A stretch of DNA of 63,637 nt, the filler included, from Craspedostauros australis (taxonomy: Eukaryota), in NCBI GenBank assembly GCA_030167865.1. It is 12 parts of 12 records of this genome, joined end to end, with 100 filler letters (N's around TTAATTAATTAA, not from the genome) between each part and the next. Parts side by side here need not be neighbours in the genome. Positions count along the whole stretch, not along the records: positions 1 to 3,902 come from JALAGF010005806.1; positions 4,003 to 5,837 come from JALAGF010005808.1; positions 5,938 to 9,469 come from JALAGF010005809.1; positions 9,570 to 16,421 come from JALAGF010005810.1; 8 more parts are not named here. One strand, 5' to 3'. The position numbers and the translations under genes were made by a program. Positions within the stretch are counted from its first letter, which is position 1; each line of letters starts with the position of its first letter. The notes beneath the pieces are model-generated. The model did no database searches. It was not told the origin of the DNA and worked only from the letters and a program-made list of their open reading frames with translations. This document shows, piece after piece, positions 1 to 11,749 of the stretch.

Positions 1-206
1 TCAGTGCAGTGCAGATATAGGCCGGTTTGACCCACAGTGGCGTTCGACGATCGGTGTCATCGTGTGTACGAGGAACATGAAGGTGTCAACCCCTTACGAA
101 AGTAAAGAAAGCGTACAAACCCACGGAATATGCCGATGGAAAGGCCTTGGATGGGTCCCAATCGGTTGCATGCCTTCGGACTGGTCATTCCCATGCATGA
201 CCAAAT

Positions 207-3200
207 TGGACCGGAGTGACCCCTAAATATACATTGGCGACCTATAACCACTCGGAGCGTGCCCATCGGGGACCATACTATGGCCCACTATTGTTGGTTT
301 GCTCGCGCATTGATCATTCCTATGTACATCTGGCCAGAACACGATATTCAGTGGCGCTGAATATTCACTGTCATATGAATCACCAAATTTGACCGGAGGC
401 ACGCTTAAATATGCATTGGCGACCTATAACCAGTCGGAACGCACCCATGGGGGACCATACCATGGCCCACCATCGTTGGTTTGCTCGCGCATTGATCATT
501 CCTATGTACATCTGGCCAGAACACGATATTCAGTGGCGCTGAATATTCTACTTCATGTGTGTGACGCAATTTGACCGGAGGATCCCTTAAATATGCAATG
601 ACAGCCTATAACCACTCGGAACGCACCCATGGGGGACCATACCATGGCCCACCATCGTTGGTTTGCCCGCGCATTGACCATTCCTATGCACTTCTGTCCA
701 GAACACGATATTCAGTGGTGCTGAATATTCTACTTCATGTGTGTGACGCAATTTGACCGGAGGATCCCTTAAATATGCAATGACAGCCTATAACAACTTG
801 GAACGCACCCATTGGGGACCATACCATGGCCTACCATCGTTGGTTTGCTCGCGCATTGATCATTCCTATGCACTTCTGTCCAGAACACGATATTCAGTGG
901 CGCTGAATATTCTACTTCATATGTATCACCAAATTTGACGGAGAGACCCTTAAATATGCAATGACGGCCTATAACCACTTGGAACGCACCCAACAGGGGC
1001 CATACCACGGCCCACCATCGTTGGTTTGCTTGCGCATTGACCATTCCTATGCACTTCTGGCCAGAACACGATATTCAGTGTTGCTGAATATTCACTGTCA
1101 TATGAATCACCAAAATTGACCGCAGAACCCCTTAAATATGCAATGACGGCCTATAACAACTCGGAACGCACCCATTGGGGACCATACCATGGCCCACCAT
1201 CGTTGGTTTGCTCGCGCATTGACCATTCCTATGTACATCTATCCAGAACACGATATTCAGTGGCGCTGAATATTCTACTTCATGTGTGTGACGCAATTTG
1301 ACCGCAGAACCCCTAAATACGTAATGGCGGTCTATAACCACTCGGAACGCACCCATCGGGGACCATAACATGGCCCACCATCGTTGGTTTGCTCGCGCAT
1401 TGATCATTCCTATGCACTTCTGTCCAGAACACGATATTCAGTGGCGCTGAATATTCACTGTCATATGTATCACCAAATTTGACCGGAGGATCCTGTATTA
1501 CGTAATTACGACCTATAACCACTCGGAACGCACCCATCGGGAACCATACCATGGCCCACCATCGTTGGTTTGCTCGCGCATTGATCATTTGTATGTATAT
1601 CTGTCCAGAACACGATATTCAGTGGTGCTGAATATTCAACTTCGAGTGTATCACCAAATATGACCGGAAGATCCTATAAATACGTAATAATGACCTATAA
1701 TCACTTGGAACGCACCCATTGGGGACCATACCATCGTCCCCCGTTGTTGGTTTGCTCGCGCATTGATCATTTGTATGTATATCTGTCCAGAACACGATAT
1801 TCAGTGTTGCTGAATATTCACTGTCATATGTATCACCAAATATGACCGGAGGACCCCTTAAATATGCAATGACGGTCTATAACAACTTGGAACGCACCCA
1901 TTGGAGACCATACCATCGTCCTCCATCGTTGGTTTGCTCGCGCATTGGTCATTCCTATGCACTTCTAGCCAGAACACGATATACATTGCCTCTGAATATT
2001 CACTGTCATATGAATCACGAAATTTGACCGGAGGATCCTATAAATACGTAANNNNNNNNNNNNNNNNNNNNNNNNNNNNNNNNNNNNNNNNNNNNNNNNN
2101 NNNNNNNNNNNNNNNNNNNNNNNNNNNNNNNNNNNNNNNNNNNNNNNNNNNNNNNNNNNNNNNNNNNNNNNNNNNNNNNNNNNNNNNNNNNNNNNNNNNN
2201 NNNNNNNNNNNNNNNNNNNNNNNNNNNNNNNNNNNNNNNNNNNNNNNNNNNNNNNNNNNNNNNNNNNNNNNNNNNNNNNNNNNNNNNNNNNNNNNNNNGG
2301 ACCATACCATCGTCCCCCGTTGTTGGTTTGCTCGCGCATTGACTATTCCTATGCACTTCTGTCCAGAACACGATATTCAGTGTTGCTGAATATTCAACTT
2401 CATATGAATCACGAAATTCGACCGGAGGATCCTATAAATACGTAATTACGACCTATAACCACTTGGAACGCACCCATGGGGGACCATACCATGGCCCACC
2501 ATCNNNNNNNNNNNNNNNNNNNNNNNNNNNNNNNNNNNNNNNNNNNNNNNNNNCCATCGTTGGTTTGCTCGCGCATTGACCATTCCTATGCACTTCTAGC
2601 CAGAACACGATATACATTGCCTCTGAATATTCACTGTTATATGAAACACCAAATTCGACCGGAAGATCCTATAAATACGTAATGATGACCTATAACAACT
2701 CGGAACGCACCCATTGGGGACCATACCATGGCCCACCATCGTTGGTTTGCTCGCGCATTGACCATTCCTATGCACTTCTGTCCAGAACACGATATTCAGT
2801 GGTGCTGAATATTCAACTTCATATGAATCACGAAATTGGACGGAGTGACTCCTAAATATGCAATTACGGTCTATAACAACTTGGAACGCACCCATGGGGG
2901 ACCATACCATGGCGCACTATCGTTGGTTTGCTCGCGCATTGACTATTCCTATGTACATCTGGCCAGAACACGATATACATTGCCTCTGAATATTCACTCT
3001 CATATGAATCACCAAATTTGACCGGAGTGACCCCTAAATATGCAATGACGGCCTATAACCACTCGGAACGCACCCATCGGGGACCATACCATGGCCCACC
3101 ATCGTTGGTTTGCTCGCGCATTGATCATTCCTATGCACTTCTGTCCAGAACACGATATTCAGTGGCGCTGAATATTCACTGTCATAGCAGCAAGTTCAGT

Positions 3201-3902
3201 CAGCCCACCCGGACGGCTAACGGCGACATGGCCACCTGCACAGTGGAGCAAGCATACATATACAAACAGCAACGTAGATTCCGTGCTCTCTTCCCGCCCG
3301 GCGGGAAGGTTAAAGGAGGCGGAGAAAAGCGCCTACGGCGCAGATGCCACAGTGGTAATCTAATCCTTGCGTTATTTATTTATTTATTTATTTATTTATT
3401 CACTGTCATATGTATCACCAAATTCGACCGGAGGATCCTGTATTACGTAATTACGACCTATAACCACTCGGAACGCACCCATCGGGGACCATACCATGGC
3501 CCACCATCGTTGGTTTGCTCGCGCATTGGTCATTCCTATGTACATCTGGCCAGAACACGATATTGAGTGGTGCTGAATATTCAACTTCATATGTATCACC
3601 AAATTNGACGGAGTGACCCCTAAATACGTAATGGCAACCTATAACCACTTGGAACGCACCCATNGGGGACCATACCATGGCCCACCATCGTTGGTTTGCT
3701 CGCGCATTGACCATTCCTATGCACTTCTAGCCAGAACACGATATTCAGTGCTGCTGAATATTCACAGTCATATGAATCACCAAATTCGACCGGAGGATCC
3801 TATAAATATGTAATTACAACCTATAACCACTTGGAACGCACCCATGGGGGACCATACCATGGCCCACCATCGTTGGTTTGCTCGCGCATTGATCATTTGT
3901 AT
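207..3902. repeat. Tandem satellite array, 181-182 bp unit, about 19 copies including gap-spanned ones
   Basis: Unit (…TGACCGGAG…CTATAACCACTCGGAACGCACCCATGGGGGACCATACCATGGCCCACCATCGTTGGTTTGCTCGCGCATTGA…CCAGAACACGATATTCAGTGGCGCTGAATATTC…) recurs with equivalent positions at 389, 571, 753, 1116, 1660, 1842, 2836 and 3018; the array runs into the scaffold end. Confidence 0.97.
3187..3396 (+). mobile_element. 5'-truncated non-LTR retroelement (LINE 3' end or SINE) inserted in the satellite
   Basis: A 210-bp non-satellite sequence ends in a (TTAT)n tail from 3372 and is flanked by a perfect 14-bp direct repeat TATTCACTGTCATA (3173-3186 and 3397-3410). Confidence 0.8.
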
Positions 3903-3946
3903 NNNNNNNNNNNNNNNNNNNNNNNNNNNNNNNNNNNNNNNNNNNN

Positions 3947-3958
3947 TTAATTAATTAA
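3947..3958. other. Artificial scaffold linker TTAATTAATTAA within N runs (first of 11)
   Basis: The same 12-mer, with stops in all six frames and N flanks, occurs at 3947, 5882, 9514, 16466, 20565, 23720, 29117, 33068, 55830, 59485 and 62451. Confidence 0.97.
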
Positions 3959-4095
3959 NNNNNNNNNNNNNNNNNNNNNNNNNNNNNNNNNNNNNNNNNN
4001 NNGGCTCTTCCACAGTTGATGACGTACGTAGGACCAGTATGAAAATTCTCATGTAGAACCTGTAGAATCAGTACTACAACAAAAAAATTGACAAT

Positions 4096-5837
4096 GATGC
4101 GCACAGGCGCACAAAATGGCTCTGGCAAAGTCAACCAGAGCGCTTGATCGACGCCGACCATGGCACAAGGATGTCCAGGACAAGGAGGCCAAAGTGGCAA
4201 GCGACTCTCCAGGCAAAAAGATGCCAAAACAACCCACTGAAAACAAGAACCATTGGACTTGGAGTCATCAGCACGAGAGAAGTTGGGGTGACAACCTCCG
4301 CAAGAGGAACCTGATGACATGGGGCTTGGAACCTGTCCAAGCTGCATCTGGGGAAGAGGGCACATTTGACGAGCCCATTGACTTTGTAAAGGAGATGAGG
4401 GACGATCTCGCGGACGGAGTATCCTTTGAACAGTGGAAGCAGCTGTTCAGCAACGCGGACGACAACAAACTAACCACAGAATCCAACCTGCTGATGTTGC
4501 AAATCATGGTGCAACTGTTGGCAACATCCAACATCTTCTCCTCTTCAATGTGGAAATTGGACAGATCCTATCCACACATGTGACAGCTGCATGGATTGCA
4601 GCAAGGACGGTATTCATGGAGGTCAAGGGCACCCATCTTGACAAAATGAAGATGAAGAAGCTCCACAGGCCAACTCTCCAAACCCCACATCCAAAAAGAA
4701 GTTGTGCAAGCCAGAAAAACAAANNNNNNNNNNNNNNNNNNNNNNNNNNNNNNNNNNNNNNNNNNNNNNNNNNCAACAAACTAACCACAGAATCCAACCT
4801 GCTGATGTTGCAAATCATGGTGCAACTGTTGGCAACATCCAACATCTTCTCCTCTTCAATGTGGAAATTGGACAGATCCTATCCACACATGTGACAGCTG
4901 CATGGATTGCAGCAAGGACGGTATTCATGGAGGTCAAGGGCACCCATCTTGACAAAATGAAGATGAAGAAGCTCCACAGGCCAACTCTCCAAACCCCACA
5001 TCCAAAAAGAAGTTGTGCAAGCCAGAAAAACAAAGTAATGGTGTACCCAAGGAAGAACCCACAAGCTTGAGAACTGGTGAGCATCAATGATGTCCTCAGC
5101 AACATTCACAAGAGCTTCTTTGATGTGTGTCTGCCAATGTCAAGGGAGGGCAGTGATACTCTGTTGGTGCAAGTCATCGCAGGATTGAATGTGTTACGCG
5201 CATTCATTTTCCGCACTGACTCCAAGGCGAAAATCCTGGTATGACGGAAAAGCAAAAAGCTATGACCCTGGATGGCCGCGGACGTTGCATGGACCAGCTG
5301 TGAGATGCTGAAGCAATTCGTTGAGAGTCTCTATGCAAGAACAGGATTCATAACCTACATGTGCATTTGGGTTGGCCACAAACAGGACCTTGACACTTTT
5401 GAGGATGATGGAACACTAGTAACAGCTGCGATGGCTTTCAGGAAGTCTGACATGCAGAAAAACAACATTGTGGCAGCAGGTTGGCTGTTCGGCAGCCACA
5501 GCACCATGAATATGGAGGATTTGGCAGAAGTAATCAATGAGCATGAGGTTGTGAAGAACCAATGCATAGTTCAACTTCACATCCATAAGATTCAACTGGT
5601 GAAGAAGAGAGGACAACAATCAGAATTGGATGGCTACCACAACTGGCCAAGGGCCACCCACATCATGTGCAGCAAGTCAAAGCCCAGATCCTGCCATGTC
5701 GTGATGAAAGACATGGTCAACAACTGTGCAGACACGGTACTCCTTCTCGGAAAACAGATGAGGTTCATGCTGGACGCTCTTGACCAACAGTTCTATCACC
5801 CACGCTTGGAACTCGCGAACTTGAGTTTGATGGTAGC
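4096..5837 (+). pseudogene. Decayed ORF, possibly transposon-derived (non-LTR ORF1-like)
   Basis: Protein-like segments in shifting frames, broken by stops (4116-4583; 5272-5837 '…MQKNNIVAAGWLFGSH…'); TG/CA-rich. The family assignment is only a resemblance. Confidence 0.3.
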
Positions 5838-5937
5838 NNNNNNNNNNNNNNNNNNNNNNNNNNNNNNNNNNNNNNNNNNNNTTAATTAATTAANNNNNNN
5901 NNNNNNNNNNNNNNNNNNNNNNNNNNNNNNNNNNNNN

Positions 5938-6913
5938 GCCTTATGGCGTTCTCTATCTGACCTGTATGTGCTCCCCAAGATCGCCCATCTCTTGAATTGC
6001 CGATTGATCGTTTCATGGCGCGCACGAGCATTGGACTTAGCTCGTTTGTTTGACTTCGACACATAGCTGGTTGGCTTCAGCACATGGGGCCCACCATACC
6101 CCCCATCGGCCTCAACACATTCTCCCTCCATCAGTCGCTTCGCGAGGAAGGCATTGAATATCTTTTGATCCAACCACCTGCCACAGGGAAAAGGTCCGAC
6201 TGCCCAAACAATGTGGCCTGTTTGGATCGAGATCGCAACTTCATATCTCAGCCCCGATGTCTTGAACTTGTGACTGTACCATTTTGAGCTGAATGGTGTG
6301 GGCTCACGGATGCGGAAGTCAGTTCCATCCACAGTAACATGGCAAGTTCGAGGTTTAGACGAATTTAAGCGGTTGCGCCATTTGATCTGGAAGGAAAGGT
6401 GAGAAGATGTTGAATGCAATACAGGCATTGAACACATTGCGGAAGGCAGAACGAGCACAGCACAAAATCACTTACCACTTCTTTGTAGCATTGCTGAATG
6501 CAGGCAATCATTTGCCAGATCCACTTTCGAAGTGTGTGTGGATCTGCTCCNAAAGTTGCCTTCAATACNTCGTAGGTGGGGTAGTTCTTGAGAAAGTGGA
6601 GAGCCCAGAATAGATGTTTTGGCTTTGCTTTGGCAGGCAGAACGCATCGATCCCAGACCTCCTTGCAGAGCTTGGGCGTGACGCCGAACCATGCAACGAA
6701 TGCTCTTTTTGATGTTTCTGATCCCCCATTCTTGGGGGGCAGGCTCCCCATGAGAAAGAAACCGATGGATTCGAAGTCAGCCGAAGAATGCTTGGAGCGA
6801 AGCAACTGTTGTTGTTGCCTTGTCATCCTCATGGTCTCATTCTTGTCCTTCAGCCTTGATCTTCCATTTCTTGGCTTGCCGGCCTTGCTGGCGGAGATGC
6901 TGTTGCAGGTCAT
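5938..6913 (-). CDS. PIF/Harbinger-superfamily (DDE_Tnp_4/HARBI1-like) transposase, 3' end lost in gap
   Basis: Exon 1 (start 6913 or 6832, to 6476) has the HTH-like 'KPKHLFWALHFLKNYPT…TLRKWIW'. A phase-0 GT-AG intron spans 6475-6387. Exon 2 has 'VTVDGTDFRIREP…WYSHKF…GLRYEVAISIQTGHIVW…EADGGY…RARHETIN'. Confidence 0.85.
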
Positions 6914-7015
6914 GGTGATGGCGATGGACGACGAACCAGCCAATGGGCATTGTTATCAAGACCGTGTGCGTTGGATGGAGCAGCACGTCTCTGATCGATT
7001 GCGGATGCTGATGGT

Positions 7016-7051
7016 TGTGTGTGTGTTGTGTGTGTGTGTGTGTGTGTGTGT
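7016..7051. repeat. (TG)n microsatellite
   Basis: TG run upstream of the transposase; a shorter, interrupted version lies in the second copy at ~7744-7776. Confidence 0.9.
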
Positions 7052-7325
7052 ATATGCGTGTGAACTGGTGGTGATGCCTCGGTTGATTGCCTTGGTGTTG
7101 CGAAGGTGCGGCGCTTGGTGATCATGCCATTTTGGTTTGATGGCAATGGAGGAAATTGAAATTGTGAGCAGACTGTTGTCGTCGATGGTGGTGCATGAGT
7201 GTGACACACTGCCAACTGATGTCATGATTCGCGATACAGTTTTTTCACGTTGTACTGCGAAGTGCAGCGAGTGAANNNNNNNNNNNNNNNNNNNNNNNNN
7301 NNNNNNNNNNNNNNNNNNNNNNNNN

Positions 7326-7990
7326 GAGAGCCCAGAATAGATGTTTCGGCTTTGCCTTGGCAGGCAGAACGCAACGATCCCAGACCTCCTTGCAGAGCTT
7401 GGGCGTGACACCGAACCATGCAATGAATGCTCTTTTTGATGTTTCTGATCCCCCATTCTTGGGGGGCAGGCTCCCCATGAGAAAGAAACCGATGGATTCG
7501 AAGTCAACCGAAGAATGCTTGGACCGAAGCAACTGTTGTTGTTGCCTGGTCATCCTCATGGTCTCATTCTTGTCCTTCAGCCTTGATCTTTGATTGCTTG
7601 ACTTGCCAGCCTTGCTGGCGGAGATGCTGTTGCAGGTCATGGTGATGGCGATGGACGACGAACCAGCCAATGGGCATTGTTCTCAAGACCGTGTGCTTTG
7701 GATGGAGCAGCACGTCTCTGATCAATTGCGGATGTTGATGGTTGTGCGTGTGTGTGTGCGTGTGTGTATGCGTGTGAACTGGTGGTGATGCCTCGGTTGA
7801 TTGCCTTGGTGTTGCGAAGGTGTGGCGCTTGGTGATCATGCCATTTTGATTTGATGGCAATGGAGGAAATTGAAATTGTGAGCAGAGTGTTGTCGTCGAT
7901 GGTGTTGCATGGGTGTGACGCACTGCCAACTGATGTCATGATTCGCGATACAGTTTTTTCACGTTGCACTGCAAAGTGCAGCGAGTGAAA
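7326..7990 (-). mobile_element. Second, slightly diverged copy of the Harbinger-like transposase 5' region
   Basis: Near-identical to ~6600-7275 with scattered substitutions; could be a tandem copy or a second haplotype. Confidence 0.8.
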
Positions 7991-8536
7991 CGACTCGCAT
8001 CAGTTCTCACGCGCCAATACAACGTGTGGAGAGTCCTTGTGCTGTCGCTTCTTTGGCTTGTTGTCAACCATCGGTCAGCAACCTCACCAAATCACAGTCT
8101 TCCCTCTTGCTCTTGAGCGTTCAAGCCTGGAGCTTGCCCTGCTGACTCGGCTTGGCAGATACATTTTCACGCCAGCACATATTCGCAACTACGGCGACGA
8201 AGCTATTGTATCTATGTTTCTGTAGTATGGCAGGCGCATGCATCATTCAAATGCAGTATTGTACATGGAAACAAATGACGTTGATGTGTGTGGTTAAATT
8301 GTTTCGAACGCTGCAATCAACGGTTGTCTCATGCGCTCTGCTATATTAAATTAGTACGACTGCTTCGTATGAACCAGATTAGTTGCTCATGTCCGGTGCG
8401 CGGTATTGTCTTTGGTGCAACGCCTGTTCTCTCACAACGGAATTAGTGGATGTTTGGTACGTCTATGTTCGTGTGTCCAGGCGTTATACAATGTGACAGA
8501 GACCGTTACTTGTCATGACCGGTTCGATGACACAAT

Positions 8537-8888
8537 CGTGAGGGAAAAAAACGCTGTTGTGGGGGAAAAACGGGGTCCGTAGGGGAAATAAACAACACCA
8601 TCAGGGAAATAACTGCATCGTGGGGGAAATTTGTGCATTGTAAGGGAGTTTTGGGGAATAAAATTCCCTTGCAATTTCCCTCACGAATATGTCGTTGGCC
8701 TCGTACATTTACGTGTGATTGTTGACATCATCATATTATTGCAGTTACAGAATTTCCCCTACAACTCCAAAATTTCCCTTGCGATGCTGTAATTTCCCTT
8801 GCATTCTCATAATTTCCCCCACGACCCCCAATCTTTCCCCTTGCAATCTAGACAATTTCCCCTACGACACTGGGAATTCCCTTGCAAC
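8537..8888. repeat. Phased, oppositely oriented array of a short motif (TCGTRGGGGAAAT / ATTTCCCYTRCGA)
   Basis: About 6 copies on + at ~20-21 bp spacing (8537-8650), then reverse-complement copies at ~8662, 8674, 8751, 8771, 8791, 8811, 8832, 8854 and 8875. Confidence 0.75.
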
Positions 8889-9208
8889 AATGCTTCCTGC
8901 CAACCATGTACTGTGCCCTGGATAGNNNNNNNNNNNNNNNNNNNNNNNNNNNNNNNNNNNNNNNNNNNNNNNNNNCTGGATAGTGCTACACTTCTGATGT
9001 TAGTTAATCAATGCCTGCTCAGTTCTCACCTGGGTTTGCTCAACTTGGTGGGGATGGTTGCTTCTGAAGTGCCANNNNNNNNNNNNNNNNNNNNNNNNNN
9101 NNNNNNNNNNNNTGCAAGTTGCTTGACTTGTTGCGATTCTTCCCGTTCATACGCTGCTTTCTCATGCTTGGTTTGTGGTGTGAGGGATGGTCTCACAACA
9201 CAACAACA

Positions 9209-9469
9209 ATGACACCTCGCAACAACAACAACAACAAGCCAACTCGGCATAAAACACATCCCATCTTCAACAAATCCGGTTTCCGCAAATGGTACCGAGA
9301 TTCTGACGACGCCGTTTACATCATCAAAGGTCTCATCAACAACTCCATCCCACAGACCTTCAGCGAGTTCATCAAGACACACACGGACTGGGTTGATCCA
9401 AAGGGCAAGAACTACCTCCGCCGCAACCTCGCAAACAACTTCAAAAGCTGTGTCAATCGCTTCAACAAG
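9209..9469 (+). CDS. Hypothetical protein, N-terminal part (truncated by scaffold end)
   Basis: ATG follows a CAACAACA leader; open to the gap (MTPRNNNNNKPTRHK…NLANNFKSCVNRFNK). No domain recognised. Confidence 0.4.
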
Positions 9470-9608
9470 NNNNNNNNNNNNNNNNNNNNNNNNNNNNNNN
9501 NNNNNNNNNNNNNTTAATTAATTAANNNNNNNNNNNNNNNNNNNNNNNNNNNNNNNNNNNNNNNNNNNNTCATCAGCCCCGAAAGGTGATAAATTGAACG
9601 GAGGGTGC

Positions 9609-10890
9609 TTAGAGAGCGGTGTTGCACACCTCAACGAGCAATGCCTCGTAGTCTCCGCCGGTCTCGCTTCTGACGGTGTCCTGGACGGTCTTGCCCTCCT
9701 TCTCGATGTAGGCCTCCATGACGTCCTTCAGGATATTCTGGTAACGGATGAGTGTGCAGGTGAGCATCAACTCGTTGGTTCCGAATCCCTTGCATGCCTT
9801 GGTGATGAGGTCGGCCACAGCTTCGTATGGCTGGAGCTTCATGGCGAGCATGAAGACAGCAGCATCCTCCAATTGTCCACCGAGCTCCTTCTTCAGGACC
9901 TTGAGGAGGGTGTAGCCGTGCTCCTCGGCGTACGAAGTGTTCAGTGCCTTGAGGTACTCTGGCGGGCATTTGCAGAGAGTCTTGAAGAGGCCAGCCTCGT
10001 CGGTTCCCCACTTGCCCTGTCCTGCGTCGTACAGGATCTCGATATCCTCCTTCATCTTGTCCTCGCTGCCGTGGAACTCCTCGTCGTATTCCTCCTCGCA
10101 AGCCTGCATGCAGTTCACGATGAGCTTTTCAAAATCGCCGCCCAATTCCTCGTCGAGAATGCGTCCGAGGTCCTCGTCGTACATGTCGAAGTATGTCTTC
10201 TTCAGGATCTGCATGTCCTCGTTGCTGCGTCCGCAGATGATGGGGTAAAGGACCTCCTCCTTGGATCCCATTCCCTTGCATGCCTTCTGGATCATGTCGC
10301 ACTCGGCTTGGACTGGCGTCACGGCCAAGAACTTTAGCGCGGTTCCGAAGTCTCCGTTTCCGCACTCGCTCTTCACGACGTCTCTCAGCTCCTTGTCGAA
10401 CATCTCCTTGAACTTGATTGGAATTTGGCATCTTTGTTCCGGTGTGGTTGCCGCAAGAGCCTTGACAAGGCGCTTCTCATCGGTGCCCCATCCCTTGCAG
10501 GCCTCGTTGATTTCCTGCCATTCGTTTGCGTAACAGCAGGGTTTGAAAGTTATCAGATGGAAGGAGGGAAGTGGTGCCAACGTTGATGAAGAGGCAAAGG
10601 GCAATCATGCGAACGAATTGAAGGGAAGCAGGTGTTGGACAGAGATGAAGGAGAAAGAGACGCAGAAGTGAGAATTCGTCCAAAGTGATTCGTTGGGATT
10701 CAGACGCCGTTCCTCCAGTCCGTGTTGCCATTGTCGCAAGGGACACGATTTGATCAAGGCAATGCCATCTCGCCGTCGCACTCGTGCGAACGCATCATCG
10801 TACCTCGCAGATGCCTTCAATCTCCTCTCCGACAGCGTCTGGGGAAAGATCGCCGTCGTAGATCATCTGTGGGTAGATTCCGAGACTCAT
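9609..10890 (-). CDS. ANX: Annexin (four repeats), ~330 aa; join(10804-10890, 9609-10514)
   Basis: Four endonexin-type motifs KGWGTDE, KGMGSKE, GKWGTDE and KGFGTNE, with 'SETGGDYE'-type repeat ends; phase-0 GT-AG intron 10803-10515. Confidence 0.93.
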
Positions 10891-11749
10891 GGTTGCAGTT
10901 GGGGTGGGTGTCGGGTGTGCTTGTGGTGCTTGTGGCGGTGGTGGTGACGAGGTTGCTTCGTTGGCGAAGTTTTGCAAATTTATGTCAGAGAGAGGAGGCA
11001 GTTGGATCTTTCCGCATGTGTCGTCGTGTGTTGTGGTGTGTTGTGGTGTGTCGTGGTTCTGTGTTGCTGGTTTGCTCACAAGGGACGGATGTGCGCAACA
11101 TGCGACGGGCACGAACCATGTGGTGTCATGCGCAACACACACTGCGACGTTTCGCCCTACATTTTCAACGACAAGATTCGGAAGAAGAACAGCGAAGCAA
11201 GGAGGAGAAGAATCCTTTTTGCTGTTGAGAAAGTCCATTCGTGTATAATCCGGGATTGCTCTGTCGATGGTTGCCAAATCGCACATTCGGTTCGCATGTT
11301 TATTTGGGGGCGAAAACAAACAAAAGAGCAATTGATCAGTCTGTCTACCCATCCGTGCGATGGATCATTTCGCATCCCCAAAATCGCGCATCAGAAGACC
11401 CGTCTGAGCGAAAATGTTGGGAGAATTCACTACCCAGGTCTTTTTTGAGGTCCAAGTCCACTAACCAGGTCGTTTTGGTGCCTGACCAATCACAATGGGC
11501 TGGCTCTTGACAGGCGCGTCCTTGCGACAACGACGAATTAATTTAGCCGCGAAATACACACGTCAACTGTTTCCCAACAGAGCAGAGTATAGTAGACGAG
11601 ACAAGTATAAATGTTCGTGACGAATCTTGTTCTGTGGAATACAAGTAGAGGGTTAAACCAACTATGTTGCATACTGACATCAGCCATGGACATGTACCCA
11701 CCTTGGGATGGTCCAGACCCAACTGCGAGGAGTTTCAGAATACATGTAG

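Noticed and set aside
389..3813. Family of 61-aa peptide genes (MTGG…)
   Set aside because: These follow from the repeat period; most start at TTG, overlap each other and are broken in some units.
207..3902. CRISPR array
   Set aside because: Units are similar over their whole 182 bp with no unique spacers, there are no cas genes, and the context is eukaryotic.
9594..10431. Long antisense or alternate-frame ORFs over annexin (likewise over LHC, PNKP-AKR, ferroportin, LRR and pol)
   Set aside because: Shadow ORFs produced by codon bias of the real genes; no motifs.
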